Part shown: positions 9,720 through 19,996 of the stretch, in pieces
Position numbering within the stretch: position 1 is the first letter of the stretch
Layout: each line of letters opens with the position of its first letter
Made by a program: the position numbers and the translations under genes
The notes under the pieces: model-generated
What the model was told of the DNA's origin: nothing
The model's input: the letters and a program-made list of their open reading frames with translations, nothing else
Databases searched by the model: none
Source of the DNA: Roseibacillus sp.
GTDB lineage: Bacteria; Verrucomicrobiota; Verrucomicrobiia; Verrucomicrobiales; Akkermansiaceae
Reading direction: 5' to 3'
Length of the DNA: 64,000 nucleotides
NCBI GenBank assembly: GCA_051251855.1
Contig: JBPOGI010000005.1
Span: 96,001-160,000, forward strand

Positions 9720-12310
9720 TCGATCTTAGTTATGTGCCACTCTTTTATAGTCACCGTTTTTTGTTCAGGAGTTCCGGAAAAGAATACGTGAACAGCATCC
9801 CGCAGAACCATCGAGATGAGCAATTCTCGATCCCCGTCTTTAGCCGCAACCAGCGCTGTGCGTGGTGAACCGGAGCCGGATTCGATCTGCTTGATTTCGG
9901 TCAGGCTTTTGAATTGCTCCTTGAGCGCTTCAAGTAGCGCAGGTTCTTTCGTGAGTTTATCGAAGATGGCGCCTTCCATACCTCTCTCAAAGGCATAGTA
10001 GTCGTTAGCCTTCGCCGCCTTCACCATGGAGTGGATCGTGGCCAATGGAACTGAGTAGTTGAATTCAGGTTCCTCTGGCAAGGGCAGCTTCCACTCTCGA
10101 TTCACCTTCACTAGATCGATGAATCCGTGACCATCCGGATAGATTAATTTTACCGAGGCATGTTCTCCCTGCTGCATTTTTTGTCCCCCATATTTCACCA
10201 TGGCCATGCCTTTCATCATGTCGCTCAGTTCGGGTTCATCCTTGAGAAGGGCTTTGCGATAGGCACTTGTTAGACCTCGCAAGAAACCTTCCCTATCGTT
10301 CTTCTTTGCTGCTTTGATCGTCGATTCCATTGCGTCACGAGTGGTGCTGAAATCATATTCCATGGGGGGAAAGACCGGAGGCGGAGGAGCCATGCCGACC
10401 GATGGAGGTAGGATTCTTGAATGCGGCCACCATGTTAGTTGAGAAGCAGCGATGGTCACAACAGCCGCCAAGAACAAAAGAACCGCAGTCTTTTTTCCGG
10501 AAAGTAGTATGCTCACGATCACGGTCACCGGAACCAAAATGAGTAAAGGGAGGGTCCACAAGCGATAGTGTTGGATGAGATCATCAATTTCTTCGTCTTT
10601 GGGACGATAAGAACCTGACTGACGGAGAGTGGTTGGAAGAAGGCTGCGCAATCTGCTCGTGAAATTTTGCCAGTGTTGGTGCGCGACCTTCTCCGACGAT
10701 GCCGATATCTCGACCTCCGCGTAGAACCTCTTAGCTTTTCCCAGATCTCTGGGTTGGGTCAGATAGCGAACTCTGTAGTAATCCGCAAAGGGACCGGCCG
10801 CCTCTATCATGGCTGCTTTGATTTTCTCTTGGCCCTCTAGATCTTGGGGGGGTGCCGCAAATTGAATCCCTTGCACGAGAGTGCCCCTCAAATTGCCCGT
10901 TCCCAAGTAGCTGATTTTTGCCGCCAGAGCGCTCAACGATACTAAAACACAGGCTGCGAATAACCATAGGCGAGACTTCAGCACTTGGGTTCCGGTTCCC
11001 ACCCATTTCCAGAGGGCAACACCAACCAGAGAAGGAACTAACAAGGCGAGAAAGAACAGGAACGGCTGCCAGACGAGAAGGGTTATGCCTTTTAATCGCG
11101 TTGGATCTACCAGCATGAGATAGAGGATCAGGGAATACGAGGCGATCGCGATGACCACGGGCCAGAATGTAATGAAAAGGAGAGCGTGGTGATGTTCGCT
11201 TCGGTAGCTGCCTGTTTTGATTCGCCAAAGTGTAACCCAACATCCAACTAACCCAAAGACAGCCGCTGTGATTCCCAGTCCGCAAAGGAGAGGGCTGGTA
11301 TAGAACCCAATTACCGCTCCGACGATCCCACCAATCCAGGATAGGAGACTTCTTTTCTCGAGCGTCTGCGCTGACTCTGCTGGAGACCTTTCAGAAGGTG
11401 CCACCGACTGATGAGCCGTCTTGACTCCTTCGTTCACTTCTCCAGCGCTTTGGTAGCGGCTTTCGCGTTCTTTAGCCAAGGCACGGAACACGACCTTGTC
11501 GAGACTAGGATCGCTTGTCGATTTTTCGCTTGGAGCGGGAAACCGTCCCAACGGGAGACTGCCTGTGAGCATTTCATAGAAGACTACTCCGAGGCTGTAA
11601 ATGTCTGCCCGGTGATCGACATCGTGCGGACTCTCAATTTGTTCAGGAGCCATGTAGGCGGTCGAACCGAGCGCTGAACCTGTGTGGGTGAGGGTGAAGT
11701 CGGCTTGCTCACCCATGAGGCGCGCAATTCCGAAGTCCGCAATCTTGATGTGGCCACGAGTATCTATCAGAATGTTTTCGGGTTTGATGTCACGATGTAG
11801 CACTCCTTTTTCGTGGGCGAACTGCAGGGCCGAGCAAAGTTCAGGAATGACTTCCAATGCTTGGTTTGGCGTGAACATCGCGGTCTGCATTGCCTGACGA
11901 AGGTTGACTCCTTCCACAAGCTCCATCGTCAGCCAGAAAAATCCTCCTCGTTCACCGAACTCGTGAATGGCCACGATATTCGGATGTGCCAGCTTGCCTA
12001 AAGTTCGAGCCTCACGCTCGAAACGCTCCGCGAAGCCCGGATCTCCACTGAGTGAGGGATCGAGTATTTTTAGCGCGAGGTATCGATCCAGTGCAGGTTG
12101 CTCGGCCTTGTAAACGATTCCCATACCTCCTCGGCCGATGCATTCCAAGATTTTGAGTTCAGGAAAGGCTGCCTGAATTTGTGCCAGCGAAGGCACATCC
12201 GCTAGAAATTCTGACTCGTGAGCACCCCGTAGTACGCAGGTAGGACAAAGACCGTGAGGTGCATTTACTGGCAGCTCAGCTTCACAAGATGGACAAATAT
12301 CATTCTTCAC
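9716..12310 (-). CDS. Membrane Hanks-type Ser/Thr protein kinase
   Basis: N-terminal CxxC...CxxC, GRGGMGIVY, ALK, HRDIKPEN, DFG, YMAPEQ, DIYSLG; several TM segments follow. Confidence 0.92.
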   Translation of the reverse strand: MKNDICPSCEAELPVNAPHGLCPTCVLRGAHESEFLADVPSLAQIQAAFPELKILECIGRGGMGIVYKAEQPALDRYLALKILDPSLSGDPGFAERFEREARTLGKLAHPNIVAIHEFGERGGFFWLTMELVEGVNLRQAMQTAMFTPNQALEVIPELCSALQFAHEKGVLHRDIKPENILIDTRGHIKIADFGIARLMGEQADFTLTHTGSALGSTAYMAPEQIESPHDVDHRADIYSLGVVFYEMLTGSLPLGRFPAPSEKSTSDPSLDKVVFRALAKERESRYQSAGEVNEGVKTAHQSVAPSERSPAESAQTLEKRSLLSWIGGIVGAVIGFYTSPLLCGLGITAAVFGLVGCWVTLWRIKTGSYRSEHHHALLFITFWPVVIAIASYSLILYLMLVDPTRLKGITLLVWQPFLFFLALLVPSLVGVALWKWVGTGTQVLKSRLWLFAACVLVSLSALAAKISYLGTGNLRGTLVQGIQFAAPPQDLEGQEKIKAAMIEAAGPFADYYRVRYLTQPRDLGKAKRFYAEVEISASSEKVAHQHWQNFTSRLRSLLPTTLRQSGSYRPKDEEIDDLIQHYRLWTLPLLILVPVTVIVSILLSGKKTAVLLFLAAVVTIAASQLTWWPHSRILPPSVGMAPPPPVFPPMEYDFSTTRDAMESTIKAAKKNDREGFLRGLTSAYRKALLKDEPELSDMMKGMAMVKYGGQKMQQGEHASVKLIYPDGHGFIDLVKVNREWKLPLPEEPEFNYSVPLATIHSMVKAAKANDYYAFERGMEGAIFDKLTKEPALLEALKEQFKSLTEIKQIESGSGSPRTALVAAKDGDRELLISMVLRDAVHVFFSGTPEQKTVTIKEWHITKIE

Positions 12311-12320
12311 ACTCTTTCCT

Positions 12321-12345
12321 GACGAAAACTCTGCCGTTGGTTACA
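12321..12345 (-). promoter_or_regulatory. Possible ECF-type promoter of the kinase-ECF operon
   Basis: Minus strand TGTAACC-N14-CGTC about 10 nt upstream of the GTG start; spacer slightly short. Confidence 0.3.
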
Positions 12346-12399
12346 GATAAAGACGAAATTTAGTTCGTTTCAATCCTCGGCCAGACTGACTTCGGCGTT

Positions 12400-13107
12400 C
12401 TATCGCAGGTGGGAACTCCTAGTTCTGCGGCGGAGGAGTATGGTCCAACTGAGGCCAAGTCCGCAGGACGTCAAAATAGATGGCTCGGGAATAGGGGCCG
12501 CAATGGTGAGAGTGGACGGATTGAAGGTAAGGTCGACAATATACTCTTCACCAAAGTCGACATCGACGACCATACCATTGCCTGGATTAACTCCACCGAT
12601 GTTGTTCGAGTTCTGAATCCTACCGGTTCCGTTGGCGTTCAGTTCTACTAACGAAGGGTGATAGCGACCAGTTCCCATTTCCCTCCCGTTTAATTCGAAG
12701 ACAGTTCCTGTGCCAGCCAGCTCGCTGAGTTGGAGGCCGTCGGATAGGTCGGCAGTCGGTAAGATCGTGAAGTTAAGAGAGCTTCCTTGGGTGTAAAAAT
12801 CGGAACCCAATATGGTTCGCTGGAGATCGAAGGCTGGAAAACCAGAAGGGGTTGGGTCAGTGTCGAGGATTCCGAACACGTTGTATTCAATTGAGTTGAG
12901 AGCTGGATTGTTATAAGTGGTTCCTGGAGTGAGGTCGGCTGCAATATCAATACTGAACTCGAAATCTCTAATTCTGTTGAAGTTCGGATTCATGGTGAAG
13001 TCGGTATTTGCAAAGGAGATGACTGAGGCTTGTGCAGAATGACTCGTGAGGCCCAGTAAAATGATAAGAGCCCAAGGCTGCCGCTGAAAAAAAGGTGAAA
13101 CTTGCAT
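12400..13107 (-). CDS. PEP-CTERM sorting domain protein
   Basis: Signal peptide; C-terminal IPEPS, hydrophobic segment and RRR. Confidence 0.85.
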   Translation of the reverse strand: MQVSPFFQRQPWALIILLGLTSHSAQASVISFANTDFTMNPNFNRIRDFEFSIDIAADLTPGTTYNNPALNSIEYNVFGILDTDPTPSGFPAFDLQRTILGSDFYTQGSSLNFTILPTADLSDGLQLSELAGTGTVFELNGREMGTGRYHPSLVELNANGTGRIQNSNNIGGVNPGNGMVVDVDFGEEYIVDLTFNPSTLTIAAPIPEPSILTSCGLGLSWTILLRRRTRSSHLR

Positions 13108-13390
13108 ACCGCCCTCTAGTAAGGGATTTGAGCTTCTTCAAGACAAGCTCTTTTCTTTCGTGGATGAGCCCCCAATGGATTAGGTTTATTGTTCTGTTTT
13201 AGGTGGTGATGTGTCTATCCTACGCCTTGCTTATCTTGCGTAATCATCGCAGGCATTCCTTTGAGTAGACGCGACTCTACCCACAGCATTATCAACGATT
13301 TTTTTCCAGTGAAGGATTGACTGTTAATGGAGCGATGAGAAGGGGAGTGGAAAGATGCTTTTGGCATCTTTCTCGGTAGGATCAATGCGG

Positions 13391-14203
13391 CTATTTCTGA
13401 GCCCATTGCCGGATGGAGGCAGCTCTTTTGAAGGCTGTCTTTCGAGCAAGTTCAACTTCCTCGGGGATGAAATCGTAGCCATGCTTCTTTCCTCCCATGA
13501 GACGGTTGAACTCGGTCTGAGTTGCCTTGTCAGGATGGCTAAGAGCCAGATTGTGACCTAACTCGTGAGAGCAGGTGCGGGCGATAGAACCGATTTTAAA
13601 TCGACCTTTTTCGGCAAGAGGAAATTTGATGGGGGGCTTCTTGGCTTGAAAAGGTTTATCAGTCCAAACTCCGACGACGGCTCTGTTGCCACCAAGTGAG
13701 GCAAACCCTTGTTGGGTCTGGCCGACATAGGGGAAGAGGTAGAGATTGTTCACCACGGGATGCGCGCGCGAGACGTTGCAGAGGCGAAGGATGTTAGGAA
13801 CGCGTTGAGGAGAGTGATCGCGGGTTGCGTTTACGATAGATTCAATCAATTTTTCTCGCTTGGGAAGCTCGGGCGCGGGCTGTATTCGAATACTTTCCAA
13901 GACCCACTCCACGTTTGCTTGCTTCCAGATGCGATTGATTTCTGGAAGGAGTTTCTTTTCGAAATCAGCGGGCTTGACCCAGACTTCCATTTCTTCTCCT
14001 TCGCGATTCATGGTGAGATTCGAAATGAGATAGACTCGGAGGGGGAGTTGAATTAGTCCTGCGGGCTCCTTTGGAGTCTGCACCATTTCAAGAATGGCTC
14101 GCTTGGCCTCTGATGCATCACGAGATGCTTGAGTGGGCTCCGCGAGAATGGGGAGTGAAAAAAAGAGTAGAAGGGCGAAGAGAGTGGGAGCAGTTGTCAT
14201 CAA
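13391..14203 (-). CDS. Secreted metzincin-like zinc metallopeptidase
   Basis: Signal peptide; HELGHNLALSH (HExxHxxxxxH) and a downstream LM Met-turn. Confidence 0.65.
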   Translation of the reverse strand: MMTTAPTLFALLLFFSLPILAEPTQASRDASEAKRAILEMVQTPKEPAGLIQLPLRVYLISNLTMNREGEEMEVWVKPADFEKKLLPEINRIWKQANVEWVLESIRIQPAPELPKREKLIESIVNATRDHSPQRVPNILRLCNVSRAHPVVNNLYLFPYVGQTQQGFASLGGNRAVVGVWTDKPFQAKKPPIKFPLAEKGRFKIGSIARTCSHELGHNLALSHPDKATQTEFNRLMGGKKHGYDFIPEEVELARKTAFKRAASIRQWAQK

Positions 14204-14719
14204 TTCAATTTCTCTTTTTTAATCTTCGGTCGGACTTAAGATTTCCCAATTTTTTTTGCACTAGGGAAGGCCAGTCAAATGGCCCTCACCCCCCTCGAAA
14301 AGGCTAGGGGAGAGAAGATAAACTGTGAACAACTATTCAGATTTTTTGGAGTAGGCATCCCATTCTAGCAAGACTGGTAATTAATTGAGAGGGCACGGAA
14401 GAGTTTCAGAGAACTCTATCCGAGAAACAAGTGGAGCTATGAATTCGGTTGATACGGAGAAAGCTCATGATTGAGTGGCGGAAAGAGTAACTCTTCACAG
14501 AATCCTCGATGATTGCTGTTCTTCGGGTGATTCAGCGGCCTAGGGCATTCTGTTTGCGTCATCATGACCCAAACAGGATGGTCCAACGAAAAACCTTGTT
14601 CTCTTAATTTGATGGCGTAGCTAGTGCGAGGTCAGCTTCGAAGATTCTTGTTTTGTGGGCGCATCCTTTGCATCGTTTCAGGGAGCAGTTGTTCACTGTG
14701 AAAAATTAAGAAGTAAGGT

Positions 14720-15664
14720 ATGAGGAATAAGCGCATTGTAATCATCGGTACTCGAACATGGGAACTTACATCCATTCACATGGAATATTTTGTGAAGAAC
14801 GAGGCCAATGTTGTGGGAATCCTAGAATCTCCCACCGAAGGTATTACGACGACAACTTCGGGAGGAAGCTCAAGCAAGCCCATTAACGTTGTTGCCGAGG
14901 AGCAGAACATTCCCATCATCTGTGGGAAGCCAAAAGACGAAGGCGTCATGGACCAAATTCGGGAATGGAAGCCTGACGTTGTTGTTGTGATTGGGTATCA
15001 GTTCTTCCTGCCTGACGAATTTCTCGCGATTCCTCCCATGGGCGTGCTCAATTTCCACACCTCTTTGTTACCTCGACACTGTGGGCGGCATCCGGGCTTT
15101 TGGACCATTTGGTATGGAGACGAGCAATCAGGGATGGCGGTTCACTTTATGGATTCGGGTTTGGACACCGGTGAAATTGCCTACAAATCCTATGTTCCCT
15201 TGAAGGATGGGGATACCGTCGATACTCTCTATGATCGAATTTGGAAAAGCGACGAAGCGGTTGTGAAGCAATTGCTGGATGACGTTGAGGGCAACTGTAT
15301 TCCGAGAACTCCTCAGGATAAGAGCGAATATACCTACAACTACGTCCCTCATGAGAAGGACTTTGAATTCGACTTCAGGCAGTCTGCGCAGTTGCTCGTG
15401 AACAGGCATTCGGTAAAGCCCGGAAAGTCTTACGTCGTTCTTAACGGCACTCAATACCCGGTTTCCGCATGTTCCGCTATTGATGAGCCTACTACCTCTC
15501 GGAACTTCAAGTTGATAACACCCTACAACTATCAAGGAAATCTCGTGTATATGACTCCCAATCAATGGCTCCAAATTGATGAGCTTATTGTGGACGATAA
15601 GCCGTGCTCTGGTTTAGAAGTCGCCCAGAAGGAGTTAGGGGAACTACGTGAGATTGCGAAGTAA
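14720..15664 (+). CDS. Formyltransferase family protein (Fmt/ArnA-N-like)
   Basis: NFHTSLLPRHCG and HFMDSGLDTG N10-formyl-THF motifs. Confidence 0.85.
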   Translation: MRNKRIVIIGTRTWELTSIHMEYFVKNEANVVGILESPTEGITTTTSGGSSSKPINVVAEEQNIPIICGKPKDEGVMDQIREWKPDVVVVIGYQFFLPDEFLAIPPMGVLNFHTSLLPRHCGRHPGFWTIWYGDEQSGMAVHFMDSGLDTGEIAYKSYVPLKDGDTVDTLYDRIWKSDEAVVKQLLDDVEGNCIPRTPQDKSEYTYNYVPHEKDFEFDFRQSAQLLVNRHSVKPGKSYVVLNGTQYPVSACSAIDEPTTSRNFKLITPYNYQGNLVYMTPNQWLQIDELIVDDKPCSGLEVAQKELGELREIAK

Positions 15665-15990
15665 TCGAAAGATTGAACGGCTTTCGAAGGTGCAGTCGAC
15701 CTTCTCTTAGTGGGATGAGCGGCTGATGAAGTTGCTGCGAGTCGTTTTCGAACACCGAACGGAAGGAGGGACAGCTGTCTTTGCGTAGGCGGAATTCGGG
15801 GTTACGAAAGCCCAGTTAGTTTTTTCTCTTCGTAAAGAAGGCTCTTTTTCTAGGAGCAAATCATTTTTCTGTTCAAGGATGACAATTGCGGTGGTCGGGT
15901 TACTCGTTCACTAATATTGAGCCCGTCACTTTTGGCCGACACGCGGGTTCGGATTGCATCTGAGCTTCATACAGTTGAGATTGATTGCCT

Positions 15991-17823
15991 ATGGACGAGA
16001 CATTGTTCCTCAACGGATTCATCTATATCGCTGCTGCGGCGGTAGCTGCTCCTCTAGGACGAAAGTTTGGTCTTGGGGCGGTACTGGGCTACCTCATCAT
16101 TGGAGCCTTGATTGGTCCTTCGGCATTGGAGCTTTTGCGAGGGGACCGAGAAAAGGTCATGCACTTCGCCGAGTTCGGGGTGGTGCTGATGCTTTTTGTT
16201 GTTGGACTTGAACTGGACCTCTCTCGGCTTTGGAAAATGCGCGGACCTATTTTTGGGCTCGGGGGCTTGCAGGTTTTGGGGACGACGATTTTGATTGGGC
16301 TGACTGCTCTCGTCTTTCAATACTCGTGGCGCGAGTCCTTTGCTCTGGGGCTTATCCTCGCTCTTTCTTCGACCGCTATTGTGATCCAGACTTTACGCGA
16401 GCGGGGTCTCAGCGAGACCAGTTCGGGAACGCAAAGCTTTGCTATCTTGCTTTTCCAAGACATCGCAGTGATTCCGATTTTTGCGATTTTACCTCTTTTA
16501 GCTATGAGCGAAGTTGATGGGGGAGAAGGGCATGGCTCCCATAGCATTCGTTGGATTGACACCCTTCCTAGTTGGGGACAGCCCTTGGCAATCGTGGGTG
16601 CGGTGGTGCTGGTCATTCTTGTGGGAAGATTTTTGCTGAATCCTTGGCTGCGTTGGATCACGCGCTTGCAAGTGACGGAGGCGCTCACTGCTACTGTGCT
16701 GGCTCTCGTGATTGGGGTGGCTTTGCTAATGAATTCGGTGGGCCTTTCACCCGCCTTAGGAACCTTCATCGCGGGCGTGATGATGGCCAGTAGCCAGTTC
16801 CGCCACGAGTTGGAGAGCGATATCGAGCCCTTCAAATCGCTTCTCCTTGCAGTCTTTTTCCTCTCTGTTGGAGCGAGTATCGACTTTGGTCTCATTGCCA
16901 GTCAGCCGGCCAAGATTGCGGTAATGGTCTTCTTGTTGATGAGCTTGAAGTTCGTGGTTCTCTATCTACTGGCGCGAGTCTTTGGGCTTTCCCTCGACCA
17001 ACGGCTACTCATGGCAGCAGCTTTGGCGCAGGGAGGAGAATTTGCCTTCGTGCTCGGTGCTTTTGCTATCAATAACGCTGTTCTTGGGCCAGACCTAGGT
17101 GGTGAAATGATTGCTTCGGTGGCGCTCTCGATGGCCCTTGCTCCTCTCTTGTTGATATTTGTTCAAAAGGTTGTTCTTCCTCGAGTTGGCACCCTCAAGT
17201 CGACGGAAGAGAAACGAAGTCCTGATGTCGAAAACGAGAACGCCAGAGTCCTGCTTGCGGGCTTTGGGAGATTCGGCCATCCTATCATTCGCCTCTTGCG
17301 AAGCGCTGGCGAAACTCCCACCGTGCTTGAGCGCGATAGTGATCATGTGGACTTCATCCGCCGTATCGGGATGAAGTGTTATTACGGCGACGCCACGCGA
17401 GTGGGGCTTTTGAAAGCCGCTGGCGCCGAGACTGCAGAGCTCTTGATCATCGCCATCGATCAGGAAGAAGACTGCCTCGAAATCATTGAAACCTGCCGAA
17501 AGCATTTCCCACATCTTAAGATTCTCGCTCGCGCCTGTTCGCGCAATCATGCCTATCAATTGCAGGCCACCGGAGTGCGGTTCTTTATCGAGCAATTGGG
17601 CTCATCACTCGATTGCGCCATTGCAGCTTTTGAAGAACTCGGCCATTGTTCCGAACATGCCAAGGATGCAGCCCGTCGCTTTAAAGTTCACGAAATTGAA
17701 AGCATCGAGCAGATGCAGGCTCATCTCGGGGATGAGAAGAAAATGATGAATGCAGCCCAGCAGAACTTGAACGATCTCGATAGCCTCTTGGTCAATGCCC
17801 CGCTACCGACTAAGAAGCGGTAG
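15991..17823 (+). CDS. CPA2 family K+ efflux antiporter (KefB/KefC-like) with TrkA-N domain
   Basis: AEFGVVLMLFVVGLEL, LALSSTAIV, LLFQDIAV, GFGRFG, YGDAT; ATG at 15991. Confidence 0.92.
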   Translation: MDETLFLNGFIYIAAAAVAAPLGRKFGLGAVLGYLIIGALIGPSALELLRGDREKVMHFAEFGVVLMLFVVGLELDLSRLWKMRGPIFGLGGLQVLGTTILIGLTALVFQYSWRESFALGLILALSSTAIVIQTLRERGLSETSSGTQSFAILLFQDIAVIPIFAILPLLAMSEVDGGEGHGSHSIRWIDTLPSWGQPLAIVGAVVLVILVGRFLLNPWLRWITRLQVTEALTATVLALVIGVALLMNSVGLSPALGTFIAGVMMASSQFRHELESDIEPFKSLLLAVFFLSVGASIDFGLIASQPAKIAVMVFLLMSLKFVVLYLLARVFGLSLDQRLLMAAALAQGGEFAFVLGAFAINNAVLGPDLGGEMIASVALSMALAPLLLIFVQKVVLPRVGTLKSTEEKRSPDVENENARVLLAGFGRFGHPIIRLLRSAGETPTVLERDSDHVDFIRRIGMKCYYGDATRVGLLKAAGAETAELLIIAIDQEEDCLEIIETCRKHFPHLKILARACSRNHAYQLQATGVRFFIEQLGSSLDCAIAAFEELGHCSEHAKDAARRFKVHEIESIEQMQAHLGDEKKMMNAAQQNLNDLDSLLVNAPLPTKKR

Positions 17824-18218
17824 CGCTTCGTTCTATCGCTCTTCTTATCAGCTGAGAAGAAAAGGTGGGTAATTTCCACGCAACGAGCTTCAATCTTCAA
17901 AAGAGAGAGGAACATGGAGGGCTCAAAAAGAAACCGACGGAGTCTTCGCTCTTTGTCCTTAGGAACGAAACTTTGGTGCAGAGGTTTCCAAGAGGCTTGG
18001 CTTGGCTTGGCGTGAGCGGAGCGCTGGAAAAACGTAGTGGCAGACTCTACAGGAACTGACTCAGGCTACACTTATGTCCTAAGTGTAGCGTTCAAAACGA
18101 GGCGAAACGTTCGACTCATGCTCAGCTTCCCATGTGGTTTTATTTTTTGAGAAGAAAATAAAAATCGTATTCAGCTGCTCCGGTTTGGGTGGGGCGCCCA
18201 TTGGGCTGCACTCACAGA

Positions 18219-19532
18219 ATGAAAAATACGCACACCTTACTCATCGCTTTCTTTGCTCTCTCCGTCTCATTTGCAACAGCCCGCATTATCTCTCCAGATG
18301 GTTCTGGTTATACCAGCGTTTCCGCGCATCCGGTGTTTAGCTCGGCCTATAGTGCCAGCAACCTCTTCGACCAATTTCTAACCATCAATGAAGATCCCGG
18401 CTCAGGCTCTGATTCGGGGCGAGCTTGGGCGAGCGCCAATAGTGCAACGAGCGCGGTTGTCGAATTTGAACTTGATAGTGTTCAAGATGTCGCAGCCTTC
18501 GCCTACGCACAGCGTCAATTTGGAAGCGGAAATTCGACGGACAAATTCGGGAGCGTCAACATTTGGGTCAGCGAGACCACTCCTTTCTCCAGCTTCACTG
18601 CGCCTGCTACAGGCCCACAGGTGAGCAATCTATCCCTCAGCACAAATATTACGGATACTTTCAAGCTTTACGCCTTGCCCTCCATTCAGCGCGGCCGCTA
18701 CTTCCGCTTCGAGTTCACAAATCCTATCACCGCTACGGGTATTCCTGGGGGGACGGAGCTCCGCCTCGTGAGCGAACTTTCTCAAGTCAGCACCAACGGA
18801 ATCATTTCACCTACCGGCACGCTCTACACCAACGTGCAAGCGAACAGCTCAGTCAATGGCAACTACACCCCCGACAACCTCTTTGACCAAACCCTCGCAG
18901 TGGGCGACGACCCCGGCAATGGCAGCGATTCTGGTCGTTCATGGGCCATTGGGAGCACAAGTGTCGGGACAGTTAGTTTCCAGCTTGACCGAGTCTACGA
19001 TGTCGGCGCGTTGATCTACGCGCAACGGCAGTTCAACGACAGCGATCAGAATGACAAAGCCGACACCGTCGAAATTTGGAGCTCCGATTCAGCCCCTATT
19101 ACCGCAGAGCCTGCTCGGTCGGCCGATGCTTCTCTCACCCTGAACGTCAATGTCACTGACACCTTTCTTTCCTACCCTTTTTCTGCCCCAATTTCTGGAA
19201 GATACTTTTTCCTCAAGTTTGCCACCAGCGGCTTCGGCCTCATCGGAGGCTCTGAGCTACGCTTGGCCCCGTCAGTCGTCAGTGTTTCCCCCCCTGTCAT
19301 CACCAACCTCGTTAAGAGAGATTTCGCAGTCGACCTTACGATGGAAATCCCTCCTGGGTCCTTCAAATTACAATATTCATACGACCTCCTTCCGAACAGC
19401 TGGAGCGATGTGCCTGGAGGAACGTTTGGCTCGGAGCTCACGACCATCGACTTTCGGGATACCCATGCTGGCAACGTGTACCCAACGAACGGGAAAGTCT
19501 TCTATCGACTGAAGAACTTGTCGCCTCAATAG
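18219..19532 (+). CDS. Secreted protein with two tandem discoidin/F5-8C-like domains
   Basis: Signal peptide from ATG 18219; two ~160-aa repeats IISP.G..YT.V.A...NLFDQ...GRYF...GG.ELRL. Confidence 0.65.
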   Translation: MKNTHTLLIAFFALSVSFATARIISPDGSGYTSVSAHPVFSSAYSASNLFDQFLTINEDPGSGSDSGRAWASANSATSAVVEFELDSVQDVAAFAYAQRQFGSGNSTDKFGSVNIWVSETTPFSSFTAPATGPQVSNLSLSTNITDTFKLYALPSIQRGRYFRFEFTNPITATGIPGGTELRLVSELSQVSTNGIISPTGTLYTNVQANSSVNGNYTPDNLFDQTLAVGDDPGNGSDSGRSWAIGSTSVGTVSFQLDRVYDVGALIYAQRQFNDSDQNDKADTVEIWSSDSAPITAEPARSADASLTLNVNVTDTFLSYPFSAPISGRYFFLKFATSGFGLIGGSELRLAPSVVSVSPPVITNLVKRDFAVDLTMEIPPGSFKLQYSYDLLPNSWSDVPGGTFGSELTTIDFRDTHAGNVYPTNGKVFYRLKNLSPQ

Positions 19533-19646
19533 GGAAGACATCGAAGCGGAGATTGATGGAAGGAGGAAGACTCACCGTTCCTCACGCCAGCCCTCGGAGG
19601 ATCACTTTCGAGGGCACGGTAGGGGGAGGCGCTCAAGTTATCTGTG

Positions 19647-19974
19647 TTAGCATCTATCAATGCCATCCATTACAATGAAGAGAGTTCCGGACATCAGGCG
19701 TCGGGTTGGAGAGCGAACTGTTCCATGGATGGTCTTGTCCTCTATCTGAATGCCCCGGCAAGGGTAGGTGCTTCGTTTGGAGTAGACTCCTTGTTTCTTT
19801 AAAGCGTTGTAGAAGGGAATCTCGATTCGTTTAGACGCCTGAGGAGGTAAACCGTCGACAATGAACAAAATCACCCGAGCAGAGGCTTCCCGACCCGACG
19901 CCACCCCCGGACAAACAGGAGATGCCAGTCAACAAGGCAACTTCTTAAGCTCCACGAGAAAACAGTGCTTTCAT
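19647..19974 (-). pseudogene. Degraded 5' fragment of an alkaline phosphatase/phosphodiesterase-superfamily gene
   Basis: ATG 19974 followed by an in-frame TGA, then VILFIVDG...IPFYNALKKQGV, an apparent frameshift and an early stop. Confidence 0.45.
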
Positions 19975-19996
19975 CGTTATCAAGACAGAGTCGAAA

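Noticed and set aside
19905..19995. Left end for the putative cargo cassette (GGACAAACA, GACAGAG)
   Set aside because: Matches are too short and degenerate to distinguish from chance
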